Origin: Candidatus Cloacimonadota bacterium
Lineage (GTDB): Bacteria; Cloacimonadota; Cloacimonadia; Cloacimonadales; WRIO01
NCBI GenBank assembly: GCA_029564175.1
Contig: JAKQQL010000295.1
Span: forward strand, 1-18,566
Direction of reading: 5' to 3'
DNA: 18,566 nt
The notes beneath the pieces were generated by a model, which saw nothing but the letters and a program-made list of their open reading frames with translations, was not told the DNA's origin and made no database searches. Each line of letters opens with the position of its first letter. Positions within the stretch are counted from its first letter, which is position 1. This document shows, piece after piece, positions 1-9,610 of the stretch. The position numbers and the translations under genes are program-made.

Positions 1-205
1 GCAAGCTACCAGCTTGTGAAAATGTTGTAACGCAAGCTACCAGCTTGTGAAAATGTTGTAACGCAAGCTACCAGCTTGCGAAATAGTTGTAATGCAAGCT
101 ACCAGCTTGTGAAATAGTTGTAATGTAAGCTACCAGCTTGCGAAATAGTTGTAACGCAAGCTACCTGCTTGCGAAATAGTTGTAACGCAAGCTACCAGCT
201 TGCGA
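1..205 (+). repeat. Tandem array of 7 REP-like hairpin units, 31-bp period (runs off the left edge of the window)
   Basis: Units start at 1, 32, 63, 94, 125, 156 and 187. Core is GCAAGCT-ACC-AGCTTG(C/T), a 7-bp stem with 3-nt loop, preceded by GTAAC/GTAAT. Linkers are near-identical, so this is not CRISPR. Confidence 0.95.
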
Positions 206-244
206 ATGATACTTTTTTGCCAGGAGCTTACTTGTTTACCATAT

Positions 245-404
245 CTACAAGCAGGATGCTTGCAGTACCGGAAATTTTCTACAAGCAGGATGCTTGCAGT
301 ACCGGAAATTTTCTACAAGCAGGATGCTTGCAGTACCGGAAATTTTCTACAAGCAGGATGCTTGTAGTACGGGTAAATTTCTACAAGCAGGATGCTTGTC
401 GTAC
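245..404 (-). repeat. Tandem array of 5 REP-like hairpin units, 34-bp period, inverted relative to the 1-205 array
   Basis: CTACAAGCAGGATGCTTG(C/T)(A/C)GTAC starts at 245, 279, 313, 347 and 381. The reverse complement GTAC-NN-RCAAGCA-TCC-TGCTTGT aligns with the GTAAC-GCAAGCT-ACC-AGCTTGC unit. Confidence 0.95.
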
Positions 405-439
405 AACAGCACAAGAAAGAGAAGAACAGAGGGAATTTT

Positions 440-1594
440 ATGAGAAAAACTAAGTATCGTATTATATTATTGATAGCCAAGGTAATAACACTTTTATTCT
501 TCTTGTACATTATGACTGGGTCTCTTTTTGCAGACATCACAGTAACCTTTAAAAACAGTAAAGATAAAAACATTATCAAAACAGTAAAAGTAAATAATAT
601 TGACTATTTCTCTGTAAATGAACTCCAAAAGGTATTCAAAGCCAGAAATATAACGGAAGACAGACAGGAAAACAAGCTGAATATCAGTATGTACAATGAG
701 TCATTTAATATTTTACTTAATTCTTCTTATGCAGGATTCAGGGGAACACTCTACAATTTTACCTATGATTGTTTTTACCAAAACGACAGCTGGTATTTAC
801 CTATCCACTTTGTTAAGAATACATTATCTGAAATGTACCCAAGTAAAATTAAACTAAACCAAAAAAACAACACAATTCAGGCTGAACCGGTATTGGATAG
901 CCGAATCAGAGTGATTGTGCTTGATCCTGGTCATGGCGGAAAAGATCCTGGAGCTACTGGAAAAGTCAGTAAAGAAAAAGATATTACCCTTGATATGGCA
1001 TATCTGGTTAAAGATAAACTGGAAAAAAATCTGGATGGGGTCAAAGTACTCTTGACTCGTAGTCGCGATGAATTTGTCTCACTTCAGGACAGAACCCGAT
1101 ATGCGAATAATAACCATGCGCATTTATTCATTTCTCTGCATTGTAATGCGGCACTTGCTAAGAGTTCTAACGGAATAGAGACCTTTTTCCTTTCTACTGC
1201 CAGAACGACAGAATCGAGAGCTGTTGAAGCCCTTGAAAACTCTGTTGTTATGAATTATGAAGGTGGCCAGGACGCTGTAAAAAACTACGACGATCTGCAA
1301 ATGATCTTAGCTGATATGCACCAGAGCGAGCAGCTGGAAGAAAGCAGTAATCTGGCACTCAGACTACAGACTTCATTGATTGAATCATCCAGAGCCATGG
1401 ACAGAGGTGTCAAACAGGCTGGTTTTTATGTATTGAGAGGGGCTTTTATGCCATCAGTTCTGCTGGAACTGGGTTTTATTTCCAATGAAGATGAAGAAAA
1501 AAAACTCTTGGATAAAAACTACCAACATAAACTGGCAGATTCTATTGTCCAGGGAGTCAAGAGTTTTAAACAAAAATACGATTATATTCAATAA
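440..1594 (+). CDS. N-acetylmuramoyl-L-alanine amidase (Amidase_3, AmiA/B/C-like) with N-terminal signal/TM segment
   Basis: Motifs VLDPGHGGKDPG, EKDITL, LTRSRDEFVSLQDR, SLHCNA and LLELGFISN carry the Zn ligands and catalytic Glu. The N-terminus is hydrophobic. Start moved to ATG 440 because the ORF-track start at 392 lies inside the repeat array. Confidence 0.93.
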   Translation: MRKTKYRIILLIAKVITLLFFLYIMTGSLFADITVTFKNSKDKNIIKTVKVNNIDYFSVNELQKVFKARNITEDRQENKLNISMYNESFNILLNSSYAGFRGTLYNFTYDCFYQNDSWYLPIHFVKNTLSEMYPSKIKLNQKNNTIQAEPVLDSRIRVIVLDPGHGGKDPGATGKVSKEKDITLDMAYLVKDKLEKNLDGVKVLLTRSRDEFVSLQDRTRYANNNHAHLFISLHCNAALAKSSNGIETFFLSTARTTESRAVEALENSVVMNYEGGQDAVKNYDDLQMILADMHQSEQLEESSNLALRLQTSLIESSRAMDRGVKQAGFYVLRGAFMPSVLLELGFISNEDEEKKLLDKNYQHKLADSIVQGVKSFKQKYDYIQ

Positions 1595-1615
1595 ATCGTT
1601 TATTAAGAAGGAAAT

Positions 1616-4600
1616 ATGCCACAACTTTATAAATACATTTGTAAAAGGGAAAAATCAAGAATATTCTATCTGGAACATCTGTTTGCGAAGACAGATTTTT
1701 CAGAGTTAATCATTGAAAACCGAAAAAACATCAGAGTATTGGTGCTTAATAACTTCAAGATAAAAAACAAGATATATACAGGTGCAATCATCATGGCTTA
1801 CTCAAATTTTTTTGAGAACAAAGTCATGTTCAGTTTGTCTGAGAATTTTAATCATTTTTCAAGGGATGAACAAGAAGAATTCGCCTTGTTAATAGCCTAT
1901 GTCATATATAAAGATATAAAAACCAAACATTGTCTGGAAAAGAGCAACCCCTTTTTCAATGAAGTAAATTCATTACTTACGGAAATGAATCAATTAATTG
2001 AAAAAGCAAAACTACAAGATTATAAATACTTTTTTAATGATTCTACAACAGTTAAGACAGTCAATCCTATGGAAATCTCTAAAAATCAAAGTGGCTATAG
2101 CAAAAATTTTAAAAGAAAATTGGAATACCTCTTTAAAATGAATAAAACCCTTGAAGCAAAAGTGATGCTGGGTTTAGCCATTTCAAGAGATCGTTACAAC
2201 AAATATGTTGAGTTTGAAAGCAATTTCATGATAATTCCTGTGATAATTGATTTCAATGGGAAAAAACCATTGGTGAAGAAATACTATCTTTCACAAATTG
2301 AAGTGGAATCTCATTATAATTTAGATTTACAACGCTATGCCAGAATATTTGATATTGAGTTTACAGACAGAACAAACCTCACCCGCAGTAAAATGGATAA
2401 TTTAAATTTATTAACCCCCTATATGTGGAATGTATTCTGTGATTTGCCGGAGAACTTACGCTATTTTCTGGATGGGAAAACTTTTTATCCGGTAAAAATA
2501 CAAACTGTCGATTCATTAAAATGTGAATTTTTCCTTAAGTCAGCAAAATCTGCCATGTGGGAATTAAAGCTCTCATTAGCAACAAAAAAATCGGGGTCAG
2601 CTTACTTAGGTTTCTTTGTTACTAATAATACGATTTTCATAGCAGAAAAAATTGATAAAGAAATTATGATCAATCAGTTTAAACATCCAAAGCTTTTTAC
2701 GAATCTAATGCAAGATCTTAAAGCAGGCAATGAGTTTCATTATAAGGAAGTTTTAGATTTTAAAGCAATTATAGAAAAAGAACTTTCAGATTATGTTAAA
2801 GTCGTGATCGATGAAAAGCCGGTGATTGTTGCAGATTATAAACCTGTTCCTGTTTTATATCTGGATAAAAAAAATTCTGTACAATTAGTCTTTGATTATA
2901 ATCCCAATAAGCAAGCAAAATTGAGAGGTCAGAAAATAATTGATATACCCATTGATAAGCCTTTTCAACAAAAATGTTTTGAATTGTTATGCAGAGATGA
3001 ATACCTGGATAGTAGTTATTACTATTTGACTCATCAGTATAAACCAGTTCCTCCTTATCAGAAAGGGGAAGAATTTTACTTTTCTACAGTTGATGGAGAA
3101 CAGTGGATTAGCGAGATGGGAGATTTTTATATTTCACTCGGTTTTGAGATATACTCTATGAAAACAGGGATTAGTTATAAAAAACAAACAAGCTATTCTG
3201 TATCATCAAAAGGCAAACAATCAACAAACTGGTTTGAGTTTAAGCCGGTTCTGATCAATGAAGAAAATGGTGAAGAATTTGAAGTTAGTGCAGTCAATTT
3301 TTCAGAATCTGAAGTAAAAGACAGTAATAATCAGTTCCATCAGGTCAATCAGGATGTATTGGAAAAACTGAAAAAAATGTATTCTCTGGGTACTGTATCT
3401 AAAGAAGGGATTCGTGTTCCTTCTGAAAACACGATATTAGCATCGCAGTTTTCAGATTCAAAAAACAGAGATGAGAAAGTGTTTAAAGAAATTGCGAAGT
3501 CTAATCTGAAATACAATGAATTTGATCATATCAAATCATACAAAGTATCAGATCAATTTAAAGGGGTCTTGAGAAATTACCAAAAAGCCGGCTTTGACTG
3601 GTTGAGTTTTTTGAATGAATACAATTTTAACGGTTGTCTTGCAGATGATATGGGTTTGGGTAAAACCGTTCAGACACTGGCTTTGCTTCAAACGTTGAAA
3701 TCTCAAAAAAAGTTAGGCAAGGTCTTGCTGATTGTTCCGCTTTCAGCAATCCCCAACTGGCAGGATGAAATTGAGAAATTTACTTCTAATTTGAAAGTAT
3801 ATACGCTTTTTGGCAAAAATAGTTTTGATTCAAAAGCAATCAAACCTTATGATATTATTCTAACCGGTTACGCAACTCTCAGACAACGCTTTGATACGAT
3901 GCTGGATTATGAGTTTGACTATATCATTCTGGATGAATCCCAGAACATTAAAAACTATACAACGCTGACTGCTCAGGCGGTGAAATCGCTTAAATCCAAA
4001 CACCGACTGGCACTGAGTGGCACGCCAATCGAAAATAACTTGTCAGAATTATGGTCATTGTTTGACTTTCTAATGCCTGGTTTTCTGGGTTCGATCGACT
4101 TTTTTAAGCCGGCTTTCATTGACCCAATTGTGAATGACAAAGATGAAGAGAAAATAACCTTACTAAAGAAAATGCTGTTTCCTTTCATTTTAAGAAGAAA
4201 GAAATCGGATGTAGATATTGATTTGCCAGAGAAAAATGAAATCCTGGTTCATGTGGAAATGTCTGATGAGATTGAGAAAGTCTATGGGCAGTATGCACGG
4301 CAATTTAAAGCATCTATTGATGAATCGATTGAAAAAGACGGTTTACAGAAATCAGCCATCAAGATATTCGAAGCGTTACTCAGATTAAGGCAGTTATGCC
4401 TGTTTCCATCTCTGGTCGATAAAAATCTGGATTCTCTGGAAAGCCCAAAATTTGATTATCTGACTGATCTGTTAGAGGATATTCTCAAAGAAGATCATAA
4501 AGTGCTGATTTTCTCTCAGTTTACAGGCGTACTAGATCTGATTGAACCCTGGTTAAAAAACAATCAGTATAATTTTGTTAGATTAGACGGTTCAACCTCT

Positions 4601-4954
4601 CTCAAAAAGAGAGATAAGTATATTGAACAATTTCAAAACGATGAGAAGATCAACGTATTTCTTTTATCTTTAAAATCAGGAGGTGTCGCTCTCAACCTCA
4701 CAGCTGCTGACTATGTGGTCATCTTTGACCCGTGGTGGAATCCGGCAGTTGAAGCACAAGCCATTGACAGGGCACATCGAATGGGTCAACAAAGAAAAGT
4801 CATTGCCTATCGTCTGATCGTCAAAAATAGTATTGAAGATAAAATCATTAAACTTCAGGAAAGCAAGAAAGAACTTGTGGAATCACTCATCAGTGAAGAT
4901 AAAAGTTTGTTTAAATCATTGAACAAAAAAGAATTACTGGAGCTTTTTGAATGA
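1616..4954 (+). CDS. SNF2/SWI2-family SF2 helicase/ATPase with a long divergent N-terminal region
   Basis: Motifs LRNYQ, LADDMGLGKT (I), ILDESQNIKN (II), LSGTPIENNLSELWSL (III), KVLIFSQF, SLKSGGVALNLT and QAIDRAHRMGQ (VI). AAGGA lies just upstream of the ATG. Confidence 0.95.
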   Translation: MPQLYKYICKREKSRIFYLEHLFAKTDFSELIIENRKNIRVLVLNNFKIKNKIYTGAIIMAYSNFFENKVMFSLSENFNHFSRDEQEEFALLIAYVIYKDIKTKHCLEKSNPFFNEVNSLLTEMNQLIEKAKLQDYKYFFNDSTTVKTVNPMEISKNQSGYSKNFKRKLEYLFKMNKTLEAKVMLGLAISRDRYNKYVEFESNFMIIPVIIDFNGKKPLVKKYYLSQIEVESHYNLDLQRYARIFDIEFTDRTNLTRSKMDNLNLLTPYMWNVFCDLPENLRYFLDGKTFYPVKIQTVDSLKCEFFLKSAKSAMWELKLSLATKKSGSAYLGFFVTNNTIFIAEKIDKEIMINQFKHPKLFTNLMQDLKAGNEFHYKEVLDFKAIIEKELSDYVKVVIDEKPVIVADYKPVPVLYLDKKNSVQLVFDYNPNKQAKLRGQKIIDIPIDKPFQQKCFELLCRDEYLDSSYYYLTHQYKPVPPYQKGEEFYFSTVDGEQWISEMGDFYISLGFEIYSMKTGISYKKQTSYSVSSKGKQSTNWFEFKPVLINEENGEEFEVSAVNFSESEVKDSNNQFHQVNQDVLEKLKKMYSLGTVSKEGIRVPSENTILASQFSDSKNRDEKVFKEIAKSNLKYNEFDHIKSYKVSDQFKGVLRNYQKAGFDWLSFLNEYNFNGCLADDMGLGKTVQTLALLQTLKSQKKLGKVLLIVPLSAIPNWQDEIEKFTSNLKVYTLFGKNSFDSKAIKPYDIILTGYATLRQRFDTMLDYEFDYIILDESQNIKNYTTLTAQAVKSLKSKHRLALSGTPIENNLSELWSLFDFLMPGFLGSIDFFKPAFIDPIVNDKDEEKITLLKKMLFPFILRRKKSDVDIDLPEKNEILVHVEMSDEIEKVYGQYARQFKASIDESIEKDGLQKSAIKIFEALLRLRQLCLFPSLVDKNLDSLESPKFDYLTDLLEDILKEDHKVLIFSQFTGVLDLIEPWLKNNQYNFVRLDGSTSLKKRDKYIEQFQNDEKINVFLLSLKSGGVALNLTAADYVVIFDPWWNPAVEAQAIDRAHRMGQQRKVIAYRLIVKNSIEDKIIKLQESKKELVESLISEDKSLFKSLNKKELLELFE

Positions 4955-4960
4955 GAAGTT

Positions 4961-5211
4961 GTACCGCAAGCTACCAGTTTGTGCAAAAAACATCGTACCG
5001 CAAGCTACCAGCTTGTGCAAAAAACACCGTACCGCCAGCTACCAGCTTGTGCAAAAAATACTGTACCGCAAGCTACCAGCTTGTGCAAAAAAACTGTACC
5101 GCAAGCTACCAGCTTGCGACAAATTCCTGGCAAGCAGGTTGCTTGCCTTACAACGACTACAAGCAGGATGCTTGTCGTACGGAGATTTTACAAGCAGGAT
5201 GCTTGTCGTAC
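4961..5211. repeat. REPIN-like block: 5 forward hairpin units followed by 3 inverted units
   Basis: GTACCGCAAGCTACCAGCTTG units at 4961, 4995, 5029, 5063 and 5096 (33-34 bp period). Inverted units are GGCAAGCAGGTTGCTTGCCTTAC (5129) and ACAAGCAGGATGCTTGTCGTAC (ending 5180 and 5211). Same family and layout as 1-404. Confidence 0.95.
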
Positions 5212-5238
5212 AAAAAACAGAACCTGACAGGAGAATAA

Positions 5239-6441
5239 ATGCCCTTTTTTAATCATATATTTAGTAAAAAAAGTAATCTGAATTCCAGAATCTTTTTTAG
5301 CGAATTGATCAATTCCTATTCCATTGTAGTCAATAAACGCATGATTCTGGAAATTACCAAAGGCAAAATCAATGAAATCCTGCCAAAACATCAGATTTAC
5401 ATGATGGATAAGCAGGAGGAATCCTATCATTACATCATGAATGAAGAAATCACTATACCTGCCCAGTCCAGACTTATCAACTGGTTTTATCAGAATCAAA
5501 CCTTTTTGGAGTTAACAGGCGGAGTTAGTGACTATATCAAAATGGAGATGAACGAGCTAGAATCTTTTTCTCCCTCTACCATTTTCCCTATAATTCTGCA
5601 TAATTACATTCCTGCGATTACCATTTTCAGTGGTCCGAAACTAAAAAATGATGTGAAAGACTTACTCCAGACCGTGTTTCAGCTGGCTGCACTTGCTTAT
5701 GAAAGTGTGGAACGTTTTGACAGAGAGATCAGACAACTCGACAATAATTATCAGCAAAAGAAAATGGTCATGGTTGGCAGAATGGCGTCTTCTATCGCCC
5801 ATGAAATCAGAAACCCGCTGACCTCCATCAGAAGTTCTGTACAGCTTATGGAAAGCGTACTGGTTCAACCGGAGATTAAAAAGATTGCCGGCAATGTCAT
5901 CAATGAAGTGGACAGAATTAACAATATAACCAAAGACCTGCTAAACTACGCTAAACCGCGTCAGTTAAACATCGTCAATGTCGATATGGTCAGCCTGATT
6001 AAGAAAATGATCTCATTAAATGAGAACCTCCTCAAAGAAAAGAATATACAGCTGATGTTTAAATTTGATGCAGCCAAAAAATGGATTGCCAGAGCAGACG
6101 AAGATTCTATGATACAGGTGCTGACAAATTTCATGAATAACAGTATTGAGGCAATGGAACTCTCTGCTGACAAAGTGCTGAGTATTGAGTTAGTATGGCA
6201 TGATGAGTTACATGGAGAATTACACTGGAAAGATACCGGTTGTGGTATTCAGATTGAAATACTGGAGCATGTAACAGAACCTTTCTTTACTACCAAATCC
6301 TCTGGTACCGGTCTTGGTCTGGCTATCGTCAAGCAGATTCTCGATCAGCATCGGTTTGATCTGACGATAAACTCTAAATTGGGCAAAGGAACATCCATCA
6401 CAATTTCATTAAATTTAGCTGAAGAACTTAAAAAATGGTGA
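5239..6441 (+). CDS. Sensor histidine kinase (HisKA + HATPase_c), apparently cytoplasmic
   Basis: H-box IAHEIRNPL, N-box QVLTNFMNNSIEAM, G1 DTGCGI, F-box PFFTTK and G2 GTGLGL. RBS AGGAG lies upstream. No clear TM helix. Confidence 0.93.
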   Translation: MPFFNHIFSKKSNLNSRIFFSELINSYSIVVNKRMILEITKGKINEILPKHQIYMMDKQEESYHYIMNEEITIPAQSRLINWFYQNQTFLELTGGVSDYIKMEMNELESFSPSTIFPIILHNYIPAITIFSGPKLKNDVKDLLQTVFQLAALAYESVERFDREIRQLDNNYQQKKMVMVGRMASSIAHEIRNPLTSIRSSVQLMESVLVQPEIKKIAGNVINEVDRINNITKDLLNYAKPRQLNIVNVDMVSLIKKMISLNENLLKEKNIQLMFKFDAAKKWIARADEDSMIQVLTNFMNNSIEAMELSADKVLSIELVWHDELHGELHWKDTGCGIQIEILEHVTEPFFTTKSSGTGLGLAIVKQILDQHRFDLTINSKLGKGTSITISLNLAEELKKW

Positions 6442-6464
6442 GATTCTTTTCATAAAGATAAACA

Positions 6465-7811
6465 ATGGATTTAAATATGGCAAAAATACTTGTTACAGAC
6501 GATGAACCAAATATTCGCTCGATATTGAGTGTCTTACTGAAGAATGAAGGGTATGAAGTAGAAACTGCTCCCAGCGGAGAAGATGCGATCATTTTGGCAG
6601 ACAATCAACAGTTTGATGTGGCTATTCTCGATGTAAATTTACCTGGTTTAAATGGTATTGAAACCATGAAAAAGATCAGAGCGATTCAGCCTTTTATTTC
6701 ATTTGTCTTTATCACGGCACACGGTACTGTTTCGCTTGCTGTTTCTGCCATAAAAAATGGCGCATTTAACTTTCTTGCCAAACCTTTTGATAATGAGGAA
6801 TTGCTTACCATTGTTCAGGCGGCCTATGAAGCCAAGCATCTGAAAGACAGGGTTAGAGCGCTTGAAAGTCAGGTTCGTCCTGATGACCCTTTTCATGAAA
6901 TTATTGGTCAGTCCCCTGCTTTGAAAAAGGTGCTGAGACTGGCAGAAAAAGTAGCTGGAACTGAAATGAATCTGCTCATCAGCGGAGAATCAGGTACCGG
7001 TAAAGAATTACTGGTAAGAGCTATTCATAAACTATCTCCACGAAGAGATAAAGTCATCATCCCTGTCAATTGTGCAGCCATTCCGCCAAATCTCTTTGAA
7101 AGCGAATTCTTCGGTCATTCCAAGGGTTCTTTTACCGGTGCATCGACCAGTCGTACCGGTAAGTTTAAAGAAGCAGACGGTGGTACACTCTTTTTGGACG
7201 AGATTGCCGAGATGCCCATGGAGTTCCAGGCAAAACTCCTCAGAGTTTTGGAAAGTGGAGAGGTCATACCCATTGGGGAAAACAAACCTATTCAGTGTAA
7301 TGTCAGAGTGATTGCAGCCACCAATAAGAATCTGCTGGAAATGGTTGAAGAAAAGACCTTTAGAGAAGACCTTTACTATCGTCTGAATATTTTCCAACTG
7401 GAATTACCGCCTCTTCGTGAGCGTAAAGAAGATATTCCTACCCTGTCTCAGTATTTTCTGAAAAACCATAAACATCTGAGTCTTGCTGAAAATACCATAA
7501 ATGCCTTATGCCAGCATCCCTGGTATGGCAATATCCGTGAGCTCAAAAACGAGATGCAACGCATATCCATCTTAGCAGACGATATGGTTCTGCCTGAGCA
7601 TCTTTCTTTTACTATCAAAGAACAAATCTCTGATGAGTTACAAATCAGAGAGGGTTTTGATCTGGCAAAAGAAATGGAGAGTTTTGAAAAAAGATATTAT
7701 CAGCAGGCAATGAAAAAAACAGGCAATAATAAAGCATTGGCTGCAAAACTACTGGGTCTTTCTTATCGAACGTTCAATTACCAATGGGCAAAATACCAGG
7801 AAGAATATTAA
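6465..7811 (+). CDS. NtrC/AtoC-family sigma-54-dependent response regulator (REC-AAA+-HTH)
   Basis: REC domain (VTDDE, LDVNLPG, AKPF), Walker A GESGTGKE, GAFTGA-loop variant GSFTGA, Walker B LFLDEI, FREDLYYRL, WYGNIREL and a Fis-type HTH (GNNKALAAKLLGLS). Alternative start at ATG 6477. Confidence 0.95.
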   Translation: MDLNMAKILVTDDEPNIRSILSVLLKNEGYEVETAPSGEDAIILADNQQFDVAILDVNLPGLNGIETMKKIRAIQPFISFVFITAHGTVSLAVSAIKNGAFNFLAKPFDNEELLTIVQAAYEAKHLKDRVRALESQVRPDDPFHEIIGQSPALKKVLRLAEKVAGTEMNLLISGESGTGKELLVRAIHKLSPRRDKVIIPVNCAAIPPNLFESEFFGHSKGSFTGASTSRTGKFKEADGGTLFLDEIAEMPMEFQAKLLRVLESGEVIPIGENKPIQCNVRVIAATNKNLLEMVEEKTFREDLYYRLNIFQLELPPLRERKEDIPTLSQYFLKNHKHLSLAENTINALCQHPWYGNIRELKNEMQRISILADDMVLPEHLSFTIKEQISDELQIREGFDLAKEMESFEKRYYQQAMKKTGNNKALAAKLLGLSYRTFNYQWAKYQEEY

Positions 7812-7817
7812 ATGAAG

Positions 7818-7844
7818 CCCTCTATATATATTACCCGGACAAAA
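7818..7844 (-). promoter_or_regulatory. 27-bp conserved asymmetric motif, copy 1 (function unknown)
   Basis: CCCTCTATATATATTACCCGGACAAAA. Its reverse complement recurs at 17763-17789 and 18342-18368, each with one mismatch. Confidence 0.6.
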
Positions 7845-7905
7845 CTGGTATTATAGTAAAATAAATGATACTTTCAATGATAAAACCGAAAACAAAGGAG
7901 CAAAA

Positions 7906-9516
7906 ATGAAGTTCTTCAATACAGCAGGACCTGTAAACAGGCCACAACATTACAAAGTGGATCCCCTGCATCGTTGGAATCTAGATGAAATATTATCCTT
8001 GATTGATCAGGAAAAATACTTTATACTCCATGCTCCCAGACAAACAGGGAAAACAAGCTCAATGCTGGCACTACAGGATTATCTGAATCAGGAAGGCAAA
8101 TATTTCGCTCTTTATGCCAATTTTGAAATGGGTCAGGCAAGCCGTAATGATGTTAAATCCGCTTTAAAAGCAATCGTTACAGAGTTGCTGAATAACATGA
8201 GATTATTGCTCAATAGTGATTTTGATTACCAGTCAGGCTTAGAATTGTTTTCTCAGGTAGAAGCAGAAAATGGTCTAAATGCAATTCTCACTTATATCTC
8301 AGAGTCAGTTGATAAACCAGTTGTTCTGATGATTGATGAAATTGACTCTCTGGTTGGCGACACATTGATTTCTGTTTTAAGACAGCTCAGGGCAGGCTAT
8401 ACCAAACGCCCGCTATCTTTCCCTTCAAGTGTTATTTTATGCGGAGTCAGAGACATAAAAGATTATCGGATTCACACCAGCGGACAGGATATTATCACAG
8501 GAGGCAGTGCTTTCAACATAAAAGCAGAATCTCTCAGGTTGGGGAATTTTAGTAAAGAGGATGTAATCAATCTTTATTCACAGCATACGACGGAAACCGG
8601 TCAAAAATTTGAAGAGTCCTGTTATGATCTGATTATGGATTATACAGACGGTCAGCCCTGGTTGGTGAATGCATTGGCTTATGAAGTAACTTACAATATA
8701 AAAGAAAACAGAGATCCCACAGTAACAATCACTCCCCAATTACTGGAGATTGCCAGGGAAAGACTGATTTTATCCAGACAAACCCATCTTGACCAGCTGG
8801 CTGATAAACTAAAAGAAGACAGAGTCAGACGGGTTATTTTGCCGATGATTACCGGAGATCAAACCAAGACTGATAAAGATGATAAAGAATACTGTCTGGA
8901 TCTGGGGTTGATTAAAAAAACGGATGAAGGTTTTGAGATAGCCAATCAAATCTATAAAGAAATTCTACCCCGCGAACTGAGCAGCGAGCATCAGGATAAT
9001 TTTCTCTCGATGTTCAGGCCGGTATGGATAAATCCGGATGGCAGTATCAATGTCAAAACCCTGTTGACACTGTTTAAGGATTTCTGGAATGAAAATACAG
9101 GCATTTGGGGAAGCAATATTGCCGGTTATCAGGAGGCAGCCCCTCAACTCATCACTCAGGCTTTTTTACAAAGAGTGGCAAATGGTAAGGGCTTCATCTC
9201 CAGAGAATACGGCCTTTCACGAAAACGAACAGACCTGATGCTAAAATGGCAGTATGAAAAAGAGGGGCAGTTAGTCATTCAAAATGTTGTGATGGAACTC
9301 AAAATTATCCATCAAAAACTCAACTATCAAAAAGTATTAAATGAAGCCATCATCCAAACAGCTAATTACGCAAAAATATGCGGAGTAAAACAAGCAAACA
9401 TCCTGATCTTTGACCGTGATAAAAGCCAAAACTGGTCTGCTGATGAAGCAAACGAAGTCATTGAGCATGATGGCATCTCTCTGGAAATCTGGAAACTGGG
9501 TAATTCAGAATGGTAA
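7906..9516 (+). CDS. AAA-like P-loop ATPase with a C-terminal PD-(D/E)XK nuclease-like domain
   Basis: N-terminal FFNTAGP, Walker A variant APRQTGKTS, Walker B LMIDEID and TDGQPWLVN. The C-terminal REY..RKRTDLML...VMELK...QTANY pattern fits a PD-(D/E)XK fold. Strong RBS AAGGAG. Confidence 0.85.
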   Translation: MKFFNTAGPVNRPQHYKVDPLHRWNLDEILSLIDQEKYFILHAPRQTGKTSSMLALQDYLNQEGKYFALYANFEMGQASRNDVKSALKAIVTELLNNMRLLLNSDFDYQSGLELFSQVEAENGLNAILTYISESVDKPVVLMIDEIDSLVGDTLISVLRQLRAGYTKRPLSFPSSVILCGVRDIKDYRIHTSGQDIITGGSAFNIKAESLRLGNFSKEDVINLYSQHTTETGQKFEESCYDLIMDYTDGQPWLVNALAYEVTYNIKENRDPTVTITPQLLEIARERLILSRQTHLDQLADKLKEDRVRRVILPMITGDQTKTDKDDKEYCLDLGLIKKTDEGFEIANQIYKEILPRELSSEHQDNFLSMFRPVWINPDGSINVKTLLTLFKDFWNENTGIWGSNIAGYQEAAPQLITQAFLQRVANGKGFISREYGLSRKRTDLMLKWQYEKEGQLVIQNVVMELKIIHQKLNYQKVLNEAIIQTANYAKICGVKQANILIFDRDKSQNWSADEANEVIEHDGISLEIWKLGNSEW

Positions 9517-9610
9517 CAATATTAAAATATAGAAACAACTCAGGAGGTTTGATCTAAAGTATGTCTACGGTTAACAATATTCTCCGGCATACATACCAGT
9601 GCCAAAAACC

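Noticed and set aside
1..404. CRISPR array interpretation of the palindromic tandem repeats (also 4961-5211)
   Set aside because: Inter-repeat segments are only ~10-14 nt and near-identical rather than unique spacers, arrays switch orientation midway, and no cas genes are present.
392..439. N-terminal extension of the amidase ORF
   Set aside because: ATG 392 is inside the last REP unit. ATG 440 gives a normal basic-then-hydrophobic N-terminus.
1616..2100. SWIM zinc finger at the SNF2 N-terminus
   Set aside because: Only a KHC remnant is visible; the CxC...CxH pattern is absent.
4947..5252. Three overlapping ORFs (101, 95 and 82 aa) with Cys/Lys-rich repeats, and ORF 169-453
   Set aside because: They are translations of the stop-poor REP arrays. 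The same peptides (YRKLPAC / TASYQLV / PQATSLC) appear in all frames because the 34-bp period shifts frame.
9586..9606. Possible sigma-54 promoter on the minus strand (TTGGCAC...)
   Set aside because: The -12 TTGC element is missing at the required spacing.
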